From: an uncultured archaeon
GTDB lineage: Archaea > Asgardarchaeota > Lokiarchaeia > Sigyniarchaeales > SOKP01
DNA: 64,000 bases
Direction of reading: 5' to 3'
NCBI GenBank assembly: GCA_964486045.1
Contig: CAZALK010000008.1
Coordinates: 96,001 to 160,000, forward strand
Part shown: positions 51,701-60,252 of the stretch, piece by piece
Layout of the letters: every line of letters begins with the position of its first letter
Numbering within the stretch: the first letter of the stretch is position 1
Translations under genes and position numbers: made by a program
Notes under the pieces: model-generated
What the model was told of the DNA's origin: nothing
Database searches by the model: none
What the model saw: only the letters and a program-made list of their open reading frames with translations

Positions 51701-52160
51701 CAAGTAATCCCTCTGATAATTTTAAAATTCCTTCCCAAATTTTTTTTTTTGAAAGATTTGAATTCTTTAATTGATCAAATAGTTCGATATCTTCATTCTC
51801 CTTTTTAGATAAGAGAATCTCCCTTAAACTTGAACCTCCTGCCTCAGTTATTAAAATAAAACAATTCTCCTCCTTATCGTACTCACCATCAATTAATTTT
51901 AGTAATGTATTTCCTCTAGAAATATTAATTGCTCTTTGATTTAAAGAAATTTCATAATGCCATAGATATTGAGCTAACTCTTGAATACGAGGGTCCTCTT
52001 TAACGTTAATTTTTTTTAATATAACTCTCTGTTGTAGACCACGATCTTCGGCGATATATTGATTTATTTCAATCTTATCACTAAAAGGGATCGCAATATT
52101 GCCTGTAATTTCTTCAATAATTCTATATCTTGTTTTCCATGAATCATAAATTGAGGTCAT
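48771..52160 (-). CDS. mkoA: Mokosh type I MkoA-like protein: N-terminal Ser/Thr kinase-like domain fused to a UPF1/DNA2-like SF1 helicase
   Basis: Kinase: VILKK, HRNISLDTV, LGDFNWS, APE, SDIFSLG. Helicase: QGPPGTGKT, IIEEAAK, LIGDQNQLPP, QHRLP, ILSPY..Q, TVDSFQGQEAD, RLNVMLSRAR. Confidence 0.8.
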   Translation of the reverse strand: MTSIYDSWKTRYRIIEEITGNIAIPFSDKIEINQYIAEDRGLQQRVILKKINVKEDPRIQELAQYLWHYEISLNQRAINISRGNTLLKLIDGEYDKEENCFILITEAGGSSLREILLSKKENEDIELFDQLKNSNLSKKKIWEGILKLSEGLLAIHNAGLLHRNISLDTVYFNREAYREGEDHIFRLGDFNWSIYLYSISNLISDEITKNIIQNNLHFFRAPECLEMETFKSDIFSLGLVMAFLIFDLDMIEYEDTEFSDRARLYNEIRDNIHFQEGLQQEKEIILKATELNHEDRFESIDEFVEKIRDFVNELKYLTITTPKLPIYFNIDRDSHFLNWIARKVDVNIQGIREYPDAFLKNEFSELSFYLTNNRDWPLWAIGKNGKYKFQRGRNNRKIAIVSLLNKNEERSFGLKNDICVCKVNELYWQDLKEKSYSTWDRIFANALTQIRTIDEEPSDYELDKKRWLEALKLITKVEQNIEKRYIFEYELINDSFDKESPKKSKRQISINIFNKAERTRFIQVLRNSQTQTVELTDSPDLKQRFKERRKWKFIEIIDEPDDFNIVVKWEEVRKNDSPSLNGYLRFWDLKPTLHLLKRKFMTIQNLEDKDYLIDAILNPAAIHQYFLKDNKSDIVNFIFYTFPIFLLQGPPGTGKTWSAKELIRLTLERDPYKRILVSSKEHAALDDLLEKTYDMCKELNINPKPKIVRLINPFRERNYPPGSIAFKHFPKQMAIKMLENIEKWNPNLKKYDDILAEIENIIKYEGKAPSREWTDSIRESSNLVFCTSTSNDLSKLESRPNFDLVIIEEAAKTYPSELFRPLQLGNKWVLIGDQNQLPPFKLNDIIELINEELDEIEEESKEEITFNERDFLEFRKLTIREVKIFQSMFERFKKISPSYDSADERRSCNTLIGQHRLPSKISKMISTIFYDRAFRQEIHEIDDLILEPTMMSNEQLIWINTKNERIYGEKRAGTDFYNISEVKLINRILKKIRVNKKYIQFSLAILSPYNEQVNVLKTHLPNNLPNLGGINIKNSCYTVDSFQGQEADLVIISLVRSNNKEGIRSAWGFIPDPQRLNVMLSRARKVEIIVGDLKMCLNHRRNPIMEKFSKVAVFFQKEGKIISHDEVPY

Positions 52161-52451
52161 AATTATCCTTTTTTTGTCTCTAATAAGTATTAATATTTGT
52201 TTTGTATTTCAGCTGTATTTTATTCGTTTTTCGACTTTAAAAACCTTAGCTTAATTTTTGGTATTTGGTGTTGGTAATATATGAAATGTTGGGTTTTAGA
52301 TCTCTAAGCACAAAACCATAGCCATTCAAGCCTACGGCGCCTTCCTTAAAGTTATCCTTTCCTCCCGCCGCGTCTGTTGCGAGTTTAATAATTTGCTCGA
52401 TTCTCATCTCTTAAAGATAAACAAAGTAACCCATCAATTTAAATTTATGGA

Positions 52452-55331
52452 TTGACATTGATTAACGATTTATTAAAATTCTTCTATACTGAACCAAGCG
52501 ATTTAGACTATTCTCCTGGTAATGAGATGACGACAGCATTTATTTATGACGAAATTCGAGAAATTGGAGATAACATTTTTACATCTAATATAGATCCTAA
52601 ATTTTATAAAGAGACCGCTGAAATATTCTTAAAAGACATTGATACTCTATTACAAGATACTCCGGATGGGAAAAGATTAGTATGGGAAGAATCATTAGTG
52701 GCACATCTACCCGCTTTGGACGAGAATGGTGATCAAATTATTTTAAGACCTTCAATGCTACCTTCTAAAGATACCGGCTTCTTTATCTGGGATGAAGGAA
52801 AAAAGAAATCCTCTGACGAATTAACAGATCAATGGGGAAACGAAGGCGGATGGGGTTATTTTCAGGGAAAAGGCTCCCCATTTATTTTTGTTCACGATGA
52901 CGATGGCAATAATGGAATTATGCCCGTAAGTTTAATGGGTGATACCATGCCTGAAGGAATAAATCTAGGATATAAGAGTTCAGGTACAGGAGATGTGATA
53001 AAAGGAGTGTATCTAAGCGACGAAGGAGGAGGACTTTTACTATCACAAATTGGGCTCATATCTGAAACGTTCTATGCTAAGGGTAAGGAATGGTTCAAAG
53101 ATCCATTAGCCATCCCAAATCACATTAACCCGAATTATGAAATAGAAATAAATGGTAAGGTTGTCATGGTTCCTAGACTAATTTATTACAGATCTTCTAC
53201 GAGACAGACTGGTAACCATATCCATGGATTCCTTCAGAAGGTAGTATCCACTATGGTACCTCGGAACACGTACAAACCGCTCATAAAGGCTGAAGTTTCT
53301 CTAACAAGTAGACTGAAAAGCATCTTAAAAAGTAGCGAGTTTTCTTATCGGTTTGAATTCGATAGGGATTTCTCATCTAAGCAATTATTCGAAATACTTA
53401 GTTTACTTCCTACTGTTGCTCAGAAAGGCTCTTCAGGTGCGATTGATTCAACTGCTTTAAATTTACTTAAATATTTTAATGGTCGATTTATAGGTAAAAA
53501 AACATTGACGAATTTTATTCCAGGTCCAGACAAAATTGAAATTAATGACATGATTAGGGCGTTAGAATTCACTGCCTTAGAATTAAAGCGATTAGCATGG
53601 AAAAATAGTGATAATACTTTCATCGGGGCAAATCAATATCTTAAAGAATGGTTAATGTTAATCTATAATAAGATTATGACATACGATAAAACTCAACCCA
53701 ATGCTGACACTAGCATAATACGAGAGCAAGAAAAACTAACAGACCTCAGAGATAACCATGCCACAACTTATTCTGAACTAGTTACCTCAATTGAGCCAGA
53801 AAAATGTACTCCAAAGGAGTGGAATATGGCCATTAGTATTTTTGAGTCAGCATCAAAGTTATTTGGTCATGGGACAGTCAGATTAATGCTTTCAAATATG
53901 GTGAATTTCAATAAAGATAAGAGCATAAAAATATATAATACTCCTCCAAAAGGTGAACTCGCAGCAATTCATAATCATATAGGTTTTGCTTCTATGGGCA
54001 ATTTGCCAATTTCTGATTATACAACCATCGGTAACTTTTACGAACATATGGTTGGAATATTTCTTCTAGATTCTCATGTTATCATACCGAGGACTGATAT
54101 TATAATTAATTCAAAAGAAAACTCATACATATTTCCTTTCGGACCAATAACATTTAATAATCCGACCGAAATTGTCGAAGCCAATACCATAGGTTCATTT
54201 TCTTGGTCTTTAGCTAAAAAGATTTCTGGCGAATTCAAAATATATATGAATAGCAAAACGAAGATAGATAGTTTTATATCCTCACAAACAAATCTATATA
54301 ACGCCTTTTCTGATTTATTAGATGAACAAATAATAGATCAGAGACTCTATAACAACTTCAACACCCCTGAAAAGACTTGGAAGGAAAGGAAAGGAATGAA
54401 TATCTGGCTTTCTAGAAGAACCAAACAAGTCGCAAGGACAGAGCTCTTTTCTATTCAATCCGGTGGCTTAAGAAACAATATTGATGAATTTAGGGCATTA
54501 TTTGATTATTTAACTGACATACCATTTAATGTCCTTAAGGCGGGAGCTACTACTACATTCTCTCTATCACTAACTCAGCCATTTTTAGAAAATATAGACT
54601 ATTTGAGTTGGCCAAAGGACGCCATTGCCAAACTTATCGAGGATTCTTATCAACGTTTCAAAGATGAAAATATTGAAAACTTTTTTGACCAAACTAGAAA
54701 GATAATTTCAGAATTTGGAACCGACGGTAAGAAAGTGCTAATTCAACCTATATTTTCTACAAACGATCCAGATCTAGGATATCAACACCTAATATCTGCT
54801 GAAAATCTCGCTAAAAAGAGGTGGTTACCAAGAGAAAAAACGGTATTTGAAGTTGACCTTACCAAACCCGAGGAAGCACATTATGTTTTAGAACATATAG
54901 CTCATCTTATGGCTACATTTAATATCGCTTTTGTATTTAGAGAGTGGATTGACCTAGATACTGACCCCCGTTATAAAGATATTTATTTGAGGACAGAAAA
55001 AATGAAGAAATATTTTGAAGATAATCAAGAAGTAATTACAGCGGTTGATTTTGAGGGTTATTTACGCATTGACGAAATCTATTCAGGGTCTTCTTCTGGT
55101 GAACAAGTCTTACTTAATGGCTATACCACAAATTCAGAGGGAAAAACATTTTTTGATGCTGAAGTTTTTAAGACATACGATGAATGGGACAAAGTATGGA
55201 AACATAAAATGGGTTTCTTTTCGATTTCATTTGGTAAATTTAATTTTAACGCATTAATGTCTGGCACTTCTGATCAAGCGAATACCCTAAGAGAGATATT
55301 AGATCCAACAGGAACAAGATTTAGAAATTAG
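52452..55331 (+). CDS. Large orphan protein (959 aa), possibly N-terminally truncated
   Basis: Long open frame; TTG start lies three codons after an in-frame TAA with no evident RBS; first ATG at 52527; no recognisable motif. Confidence 0.7.
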   Translation: MTLINDLLKFFYTEPSDLDYSPGNEMTTAFIYDEIREIGDNIFTSNIDPKFYKETAEIFLKDIDTLLQDTPDGKRLVWEESLVAHLPALDENGDQIILRPSMLPSKDTGFFIWDEGKKKSSDELTDQWGNEGGWGYFQGKGSPFIFVHDDDGNNGIMPVSLMGDTMPEGINLGYKSSGTGDVIKGVYLSDEGGGLLLSQIGLISETFYAKGKEWFKDPLAIPNHINPNYEIEINGKVVMVPRLIYYRSSTRQTGNHIHGFLQKVVSTMVPRNTYKPLIKAEVSLTSRLKSILKSSEFSYRFEFDRDFSSKQLFEILSLLPTVAQKGSSGAIDSTALNLLKYFNGRFIGKKTLTNFIPGPDKIEINDMIRALEFTALELKRLAWKNSDNTFIGANQYLKEWLMLIYNKIMTYDKTQPNADTSIIREQEKLTDLRDNHATTYSELVTSIEPEKCTPKEWNMAISIFESASKLFGHGTVRLMLSNMVNFNKDKSIKIYNTPPKGELAAIHNHIGFASMGNLPISDYTTIGNFYEHMVGIFLLDSHVIIPRTDIIINSKENSYIFPFGPITFNNPTEIVEANTIGSFSWSLAKKISGEFKIYMNSKTKIDSFISSQTNLYNAFSDLLDEQIIDQRLYNNFNTPEKTWKERKGMNIWLSRRTKQVARTELFSIQSGGLRNNIDEFRALFDYLTDIPFNVLKAGATTTFSLSLTQPFLENIDYLSWPKDAIAKLIEDSYQRFKDENIENFFDQTRKIISEFGTDGKKVLIQPIFSTNDPDLGYQHLISAENLAKKRWLPREKTVFEVDLTKPEEAHYVLEHIAHLMATFNIAFVFREWIDLDTDPRYKDIYLRTEKMKKYFEDNQEVITAVDFEGYLRIDEIYSGSSSGEQVLLNGYTTNSEGKTFFDAEVFKTYDEWDKVWKHKMGFFSISFGKFNFNALMSGTSDQANTLREILDPTGTRFRN

Positions 55332-56599
55332 TGGATTTTTATCCCTTTTTTTTTTAATTTTTGAATAATGAGATTACCACTTTCTGTAAGGTTGTTTTCA
55401 TCAATAAATAAAGTTTTTAGATATTTTAGATTTAGCAAGTTTTTTGGTAAATCTCTAATTTTATTTCCCTTTAAATTAAGAAGTTCGAGATTTTCAAGTT
55501 TACCTATAGATTCAGTTATTTTTTTTATCCGATTCTTTTGTAGGTGCAATGTCTTTAAATTTCTTAACAAAAAGACGTTAACGGGTATTTGAGTTAAAAG
55601 ATTATTACCTAAATACAGATATTCAAGTCTTTTCAATTCGATAATTGAATCTGGAATTTCTTCAACCATATTACCCAGAGAAAATAATTTAAGCCTATTT
55701 AGAGCACCTATTCTTTTTGGGACAAATTTTAGACAAGCACTTCGGATTCTTAACTTTTCAATCTTGTATAGGTCAAATATTGAGTTTGGAAATTCCTCCA
55801 AAATACTACTTTCCACTGATAATTCTTGTAAATTCTTTAATTTTACAAATGTTTTCGGTATTGATGGTATTTTATCTCCAAAATAACGTAAAACTTGTAA
55901 ATTTTTAAAGTTAGAGACTGAACTCGGGAGGGGTTTTGCGGGTTTATTATACCAATATAACAGTAGTTTAATTACGGACTTATCTTTTACCATAAACTGT
56001 TGACTCTCATCCAAGCCGTCACCAGTGTCAAATTCCTCCCAATTTACCTTTTGGTTTATAGGCTCATCTGTAAACTTTTCAAGCTCAAGCAACGATTCAG
56101 CTTCCACAGGATTTAAAATAGACATAAAATATTGATCACGGTCTAAAAAATCGACATAATGTTCGCTGACTAAAAATTTAATAACTGAATCATTCCCTGA
56201 AGCGAGACGTGTTGCGATTTCTCCTTTAAAGACTTGTTTTGCGATTGCATCACCGGCTTTAGTGAGAGCGTGAAGTAGTGGAAATGCCAAATTTCGATGG
56301 AGCAGTCGTGTGTCATAATTGTTCTCATACCATACTTGTAAATTTGAACAGTGTGCCCAAAACTCAGTTCTAGGATCTATATAGACATCTTCTCGCTCAC
56401 CAGGGTGTTCTAGGGTATTATCAAGTTTTTCAGTGATTTCATCAAGAGACTTAAGTTCTTCAAGCGATTTAACTTTGTTAATTGGGATGTTTAAAAGTAA
56501 GAATTTGCATTGAATGAATCTCTTACCAGCAACATAAATAATTGTTCGAACACCCTCGACTTTTAGCGTTAAATATCTATTAATTCTAAATTCGCTCAT
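55328..56599 (-). CDS. Leucine-rich repeat protein with N-terminal Lokiarchaeal FWxHCSNLQ domain
   Basis: FWAHCSNLQVWYE; C-terminal LRRs (LEYLYLGNNLLTQIP, LKTLHLQKNRIKKI, LELLNLKGNKIRDLP); ATG 56599 with GAGGAG RBS. Confidence 0.9.
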   Translation of the reverse strand: MSEFRINRYLTLKVEGVRTIIYVAGKRFIQCKFLLLNIPINKVKSLEELKSLDEITEKLDNTLEHPGEREDVYIDPRTEFWAHCSNLQVWYENNYDTRLLHRNLAFPLLHALTKAGDAIAKQVFKGEIATRLASGNDSVIKFLVSEHYVDFLDRDQYFMSILNPVEAESLLELEKFTDEPINQKVNWEEFDTGDGLDESQQFMVKDKSVIKLLLYWYNKPAKPLPSSVSNFKNLQVLRYFGDKIPSIPKTFVKLKNLQELSVESSILEEFPNSIFDLYKIEKLRIRSACLKFVPKRIGALNRLKLFSLGNMVEEIPDSIIELKRLEYLYLGNNLLTQIPVNVFLLRNLKTLHLQKNRIKKITESIGKLENLELLNLKGNKIRDLPKNLLNLKYLKTLFIDENNLTESGNLIIQKLKKKGIKIH

Positions 56600-56903
56600 G
56601 ATCTCCTCAATATAAAGAAAAGTTGTCTTTATATAATTAATCGAAATCAAGACATAAAAAAATTATGTGTAAGTATATTTTTTGATTTTATAAATACCAA
56701 AAGAGCCAATATTAAATTTTTCTTTCTTATTGAAAATGTTATAAAAAAGCCATTAAAAGAGTTCAGACTAAAGGAAAAATACAAATTAACCAAAACTTGA
56801 CTAATCATTAAAATTATAGGAGAGATAATCTCAGAAATTTTTTTTATTTTTTTTAAATTTAACTTAAAATTCACTACCCAATGCACTTAATCTTTACATA
56901 ACT

Positions 56904-59327
56904 TTAAGTTTTTTTACGGGCGGTTTGAAATGACAGCAAATCCATTTGAGTTGATTTTTGGTTGAAGTTTGCTACTACTTCTTCAAGATCGGGAAAGCTA
57001 AATGGAAAAATGCTCTCAAAAGCCCTTTTTAATAGTTCTGTGTACTTCTTTTTATCATACTGGTGCTTCTTTGGATCATACAAATCCGAAAGGATCACTT
57101 TTTTTTCGGGAAAACTGGGGTCTGCTTCAGCGTTAAGGATAATATACCTTACATTCTTTCCCGCAGAAGCAATTACACCCGAGCGTTCTAGCTGTCTAGC
57201 CGCTACTGCTTGGTAAGAGTTCACCTTGTATTGTGAAGGTCGTCTTGAAATCTTTTGTTTTATCGTAAGCTCATCCCCCGATACATTACCACTTGTGATT
57301 TTGTTAATATATTCATAGAGCTTCTTTTTTGCTTCGGGAATTTTTTTCATAAACTCTTCGACGGAAACGACTCCTTGGAATACATCAAAAAAAGCATATT
57401 GGGCATCTTTGACGATCTTTGGTATATCTCTACGTCTCACCTCAACGCCTCTGACCTTTAGTTCTCCATTAGTTTTGATACCCCAATAATGAGTGAGGGC
57501 TGGAACGTTACGTTCGGCTCGAGAGGGCAGAAAAGCAATGACATTATAGCATCCATCCCAGCTCATCGGGACTCTAGTATGATCCGTTATTTCTTCAGCT
57601 ATCTTCTTAGTTACTTTTTCAAACTCCTCGGGAGTTCTTCCTTTCGTGTCTTTCACATAGATTGAATCAACAATTCCGTGAATAATCTTGCACCCGTGAC
57701 TTCCAGCGATTTCAGCCGCACGCATTAAAAATTCTCGGGCAAATGCACACACTGTTTGGTGTGCCTCAATTTTACCAAAACGCGCATTTTTGAAGCCTAA
57801 ATAACCAAAACTTACTACAAGCACCCATTTTAAAGCGATATCTGTGAACTTGTATCGAAGATCATCGTGTGTTTTGTTATATGCTTTGCACTCTAAACGT
57901 TTTCTAAGGGGTAGACTAATCGATTTTGAGATAATTCCTTCTCTTTTGGAACAGATATGAAAACCTCCTCCTCCGGGTACTCTAATTCCCGTTCCATCAT
58001 CTTTGCAACATTTGCAGTTAATTGTTTCAGATGAAACGTTAAGATTGGCCATAATGGAAGGATACATTGATGAAAAATCGAGTTCTACAACTTGATCAAA
58101 GACTCCGATTATTGGCTCGAATATATGGCCTCCCCGGTCATTAACGATCAGATCCATGCCATTTCTAAATCCTTCAGGACTTTTCTTGAAAGGTGGAATA
58201 AGATGACCTAGCTTGTAGGCATTATAATATTGTATCGACTGAAGCGCACCTCCAATTGTTATTCTACATAGTCTCTGCATCGCTACTCGAGAAATCCTCG
58301 CAACTTCAATAATTCCTGGTATATTTCCTTCACTAAAGTGCAAACTCCCATAAGAAGATGTATCCATATGAAAACGACCAGTCAAATACACTTGCGTTTT
58401 AGAGCGACGCATTATTATCCCATATGACATATAATGATCTGAGTTTCCTGAAAGGTTAAAAATACAGTTTTTTAGCGGTGTTTTATTCCGAGAAAGGTAG
58501 AGATCCTTTGATACTCGATTCACTGATGCCCGAGCAACTAAGTATGGAAATACGAATTCGTCTCCTCCACTAGTTAATATAATATCAGGATCTAATTTCT
58601 CGATTACTTTACTAATCATTTTAATGGTTTCTGCTTCATCAGCTTCATCGATAAGAATCGTTCTTTTTCTCTGACCGTCTGCCCTTGGCACATTATTTTC
58701 ATCATTTTCAACAATGCTCACCTCTGCGTATACCAAACAGTCGTTAAAATATGATCTCATCCCATGTTGTTCAACTTTTATATCCAGCCATACAGATTTT
58801 AACGGAGGTAATTCATAAAATAGTTCTTCGTTGTCATCTTTTAAATCTAAGGATACCAGCTGCATTGAGTGACCATCAGCATTTTTCTTCTTTTTAGGTT
58901 TGACCTTGAAACTGCAAAAAGACATAGGAAAGAGATCATTTACGTAGAAATACATCTGAGCGATTGGAAGATCGGTGTTATATAACGTAAACAGCCCAAT
59001 CCCATCAATAGCTTTAATAGTTTTCTTAAATACTGAAGGCTTCACCACAGAGACTCCAAAGATTTTTGTCTTCTTATGGTCTTCTAGCTTCACATATTTT
59101 TCGCAGATTCGTACACCTTTAACGTCGTGATGGGATAAAAGAATAGTCTCTAGCCTCCTAAAATCGTTACCCATGTGTTTCTTTGGCACAGCAAAAAATT
59201 CGGGGCAGAAATCATGAAATATTTTTACAATCTTTTGCTCTTTTGCAGTTTTCACCCAAAGAATGACTCCATTGCCATGAGTGGAGACATCAAAAAGCCA
59301 ACCGTCAAATTGTTCTTGAAAGCTCAA
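56904..59327 (-). CDS. polB2: Archaeal family B DNA polymerase, PolB2 group (Dpo2-like)
   Basis: Motif A LDFSSMYPSI; motif B ALKWVLVVSFGYLG; motif C HGIVDS (PolB2-type); KVRGVEVRRRD; degenerate exonuclease motifs; C-terminal PIP box QMDLLSF. Confidence 0.92.
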   Translation of the reverse strand: MSFQEQFDGWLFDVSTHGNGVILWVKTAKEQKIVKIFHDFCPEFFAVPKKHMGNDFRRLETILLSHHDVKGVRICEKYVKLEDHKKTKIFGVSVVKPSVFKKTIKAIDGIGLFTLYNTDLPIAQMYFYVNDLFPMSFCSFKVKPKKKKNADGHSMQLVSLDLKDDNEELFYELPPLKSVWLDIKVEQHGMRSYFNDCLVYAEVSIVENDENNVPRADGQRKRTILIDEADEAETIKMISKVIEKLDPDIILTSGGDEFVFPYLVARASVNRVSKDLYLSRNKTPLKNCIFNLSGNSDHYMSYGIIMRRSKTQVYLTGRFHMDTSSYGSLHFSEGNIPGIIEVARISRVAMQRLCRITIGGALQSIQYYNAYKLGHLIPPFKKSPEGFRNGMDLIVNDRGGHIFEPIIGVFDQVVELDFSSMYPSIMANLNVSSETINCKCCKDDGTGIRVPGGGGFHICSKREGIISKSISLPLRKRLECKAYNKTHDDLRYKFTDIALKWVLVVSFGYLGFKNARFGKIEAHQTVCAFAREFLMRAAEIAGSHGCKIIHGIVDSIYVKDTKGRTPEEFEKVTKKIAEEITDHTRVPMSWDGCYNVIAFLPSRAERNVPALTHYWGIKTNGELKVRGVEVRRRDIPKIVKDAQYAFFDVFQGVVSVEEFMKKIPEAKKKLYEYINKITSGNVSGDELTIKQKISRRPSQYKVNSYQAVAARQLERSGVIASAGKNVRYIILNAEADPSFPEKKVILSDLYDPKKHQYDKKKYTELLKRAFESIFPFSFPDLEEVVANFNQKSTQMDLLSFQTARKKT

Positions 59328-59602
59328 TCTTTAGTCTTTCCTTTTATCATTTCTTCTAATTTATTTACTTTCTTTTCTAGCATCTCAATTTTCTTTTCTT
59401 GTTCTACGGCAAAAGAAAGGAACAATATTTCTGATAGCATTGGACGTGCGCTCATGCTGCCAGCATCTGCATGTATTCGAGCATAATTCATTAATTTATT
59501 AAATATTTTTTGTCCTTCAGGCCTTAAAGCTCTTTTAAAGCCTTTCCAGCTTTCAATCTCATGTTCTAACGCAGGCCTGAAAGAAGGTACAGTTCTTCCC
59601 AT
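59324..59602 (-). CDS. PolB2-associated small helical protein (arCOG07300-like)
   Basis: MGRTVPSFR...W..FKRALR...F..L...AR.HADAG; its stop overlaps the polB2 start (TTGA). Confidence 0.85.
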   Translation of the reverse strand: MGRTVPSFRPALEHEIESWKGFKRALRPEGQKIFNKLMNYARIHADAGSMSARPMLSEILFLSFAVEQEKKIEMLEKKVNKLEEMIKGKTKD

Positions 59603-59780
59603 ATTAAAAACCAAGTAAAATAATTCGAATAGAAATTTAAGGGGAAATGGCATCGAAATTTTTTGATTTTCTGAAGAATTTTAAAATTTAATTTTGAATC
59701 AAGAGGGTTATAGATTTTTTTTAGTTAGCAAAAACTTTATTTAAGGGGTTAATTTACACTAGCTAAATTAGAGTTAGGTT

Positions 59781-60170
59781 TTGTTCTTGAGTGAAGAATT
59801 ATTACGATGGCATGCGCCTTGCGGAATTTTTTGTAAAAGATGTTTGGCTTCAGAACGCCTTGGATGCGAAGGTTGTAGGGAACGAGAAGGGAAAGTCTTG
59901 AAGGGCCCCCTATGTAAAACTTATGAATGTGTTACAAATAAAGGACACGAATTCTGTTATGAATGTAATGATTTCCCCTGTGAAATGCTCCAACCAATTG
60001 TCCATTTTGAACAGTTTCTTCCCCATAATTCAAAACTTTATAATTTATTAATGATACAAAAACTCGGTTTAGATGAGTGGAATAAAATGTGTGAGGAAAA
60101 ATCAACACTTTACTATAAAGGAAAGAAGATTAAACGTGGTGGCGATCCCCTTACACTTGAAAAAGATTAA
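59781..60170 (+). CDS. DUF3795 Cys-rich protein
   Basis: APCGIFCKRC, CEGC, CKTYEC, FCYECNDFPC. Confidence 0.85.
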   Translation: MFLSEELLRWHAPCGIFCKRCLASERLGCEGCREREGKVLKGPLCKTYECVTNKGHEFCYECNDFPCEMLQPIVHFEQFLPHNSKLYNLLMIQKLGLDEWNKMCEEKSTLYYKGKKIKRGGDPLTLEKD

Positions 60171-60252
60171 AAAAAAAGTCTCATTAATTATAGCAAAGTG
60201 TTCATAAATCTAATTTTAGCAAAATTTACACCAGAATTATCTGGGAACTATC

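Larger units (their letters stand above)
46147..57218. mobile_element. Putative defence island inserted in/at polB2, bounded by diverged direct copies of the polB2 3' end
   Basis: Copies at 45841-46146 and 56904-57218; cargo of defence-type and orphan genes; no integrase seen. Confidence 0.55.

Noticed and set aside
56647-56886. 79-aa minus-strand ORF between polB2 and the LRR gene
   Set aside because: AT-rich, F/I/K-biased, no motif; likely intergenic
56904-59327. Casposon/pipolin-type self-synthesising element built around the PolB
   Set aside because: The polymerase is PolB2-type with arCOG07300-like and RadA-like partners; no cas1, integrase, TPR insertions or terminal inverted repeats seen
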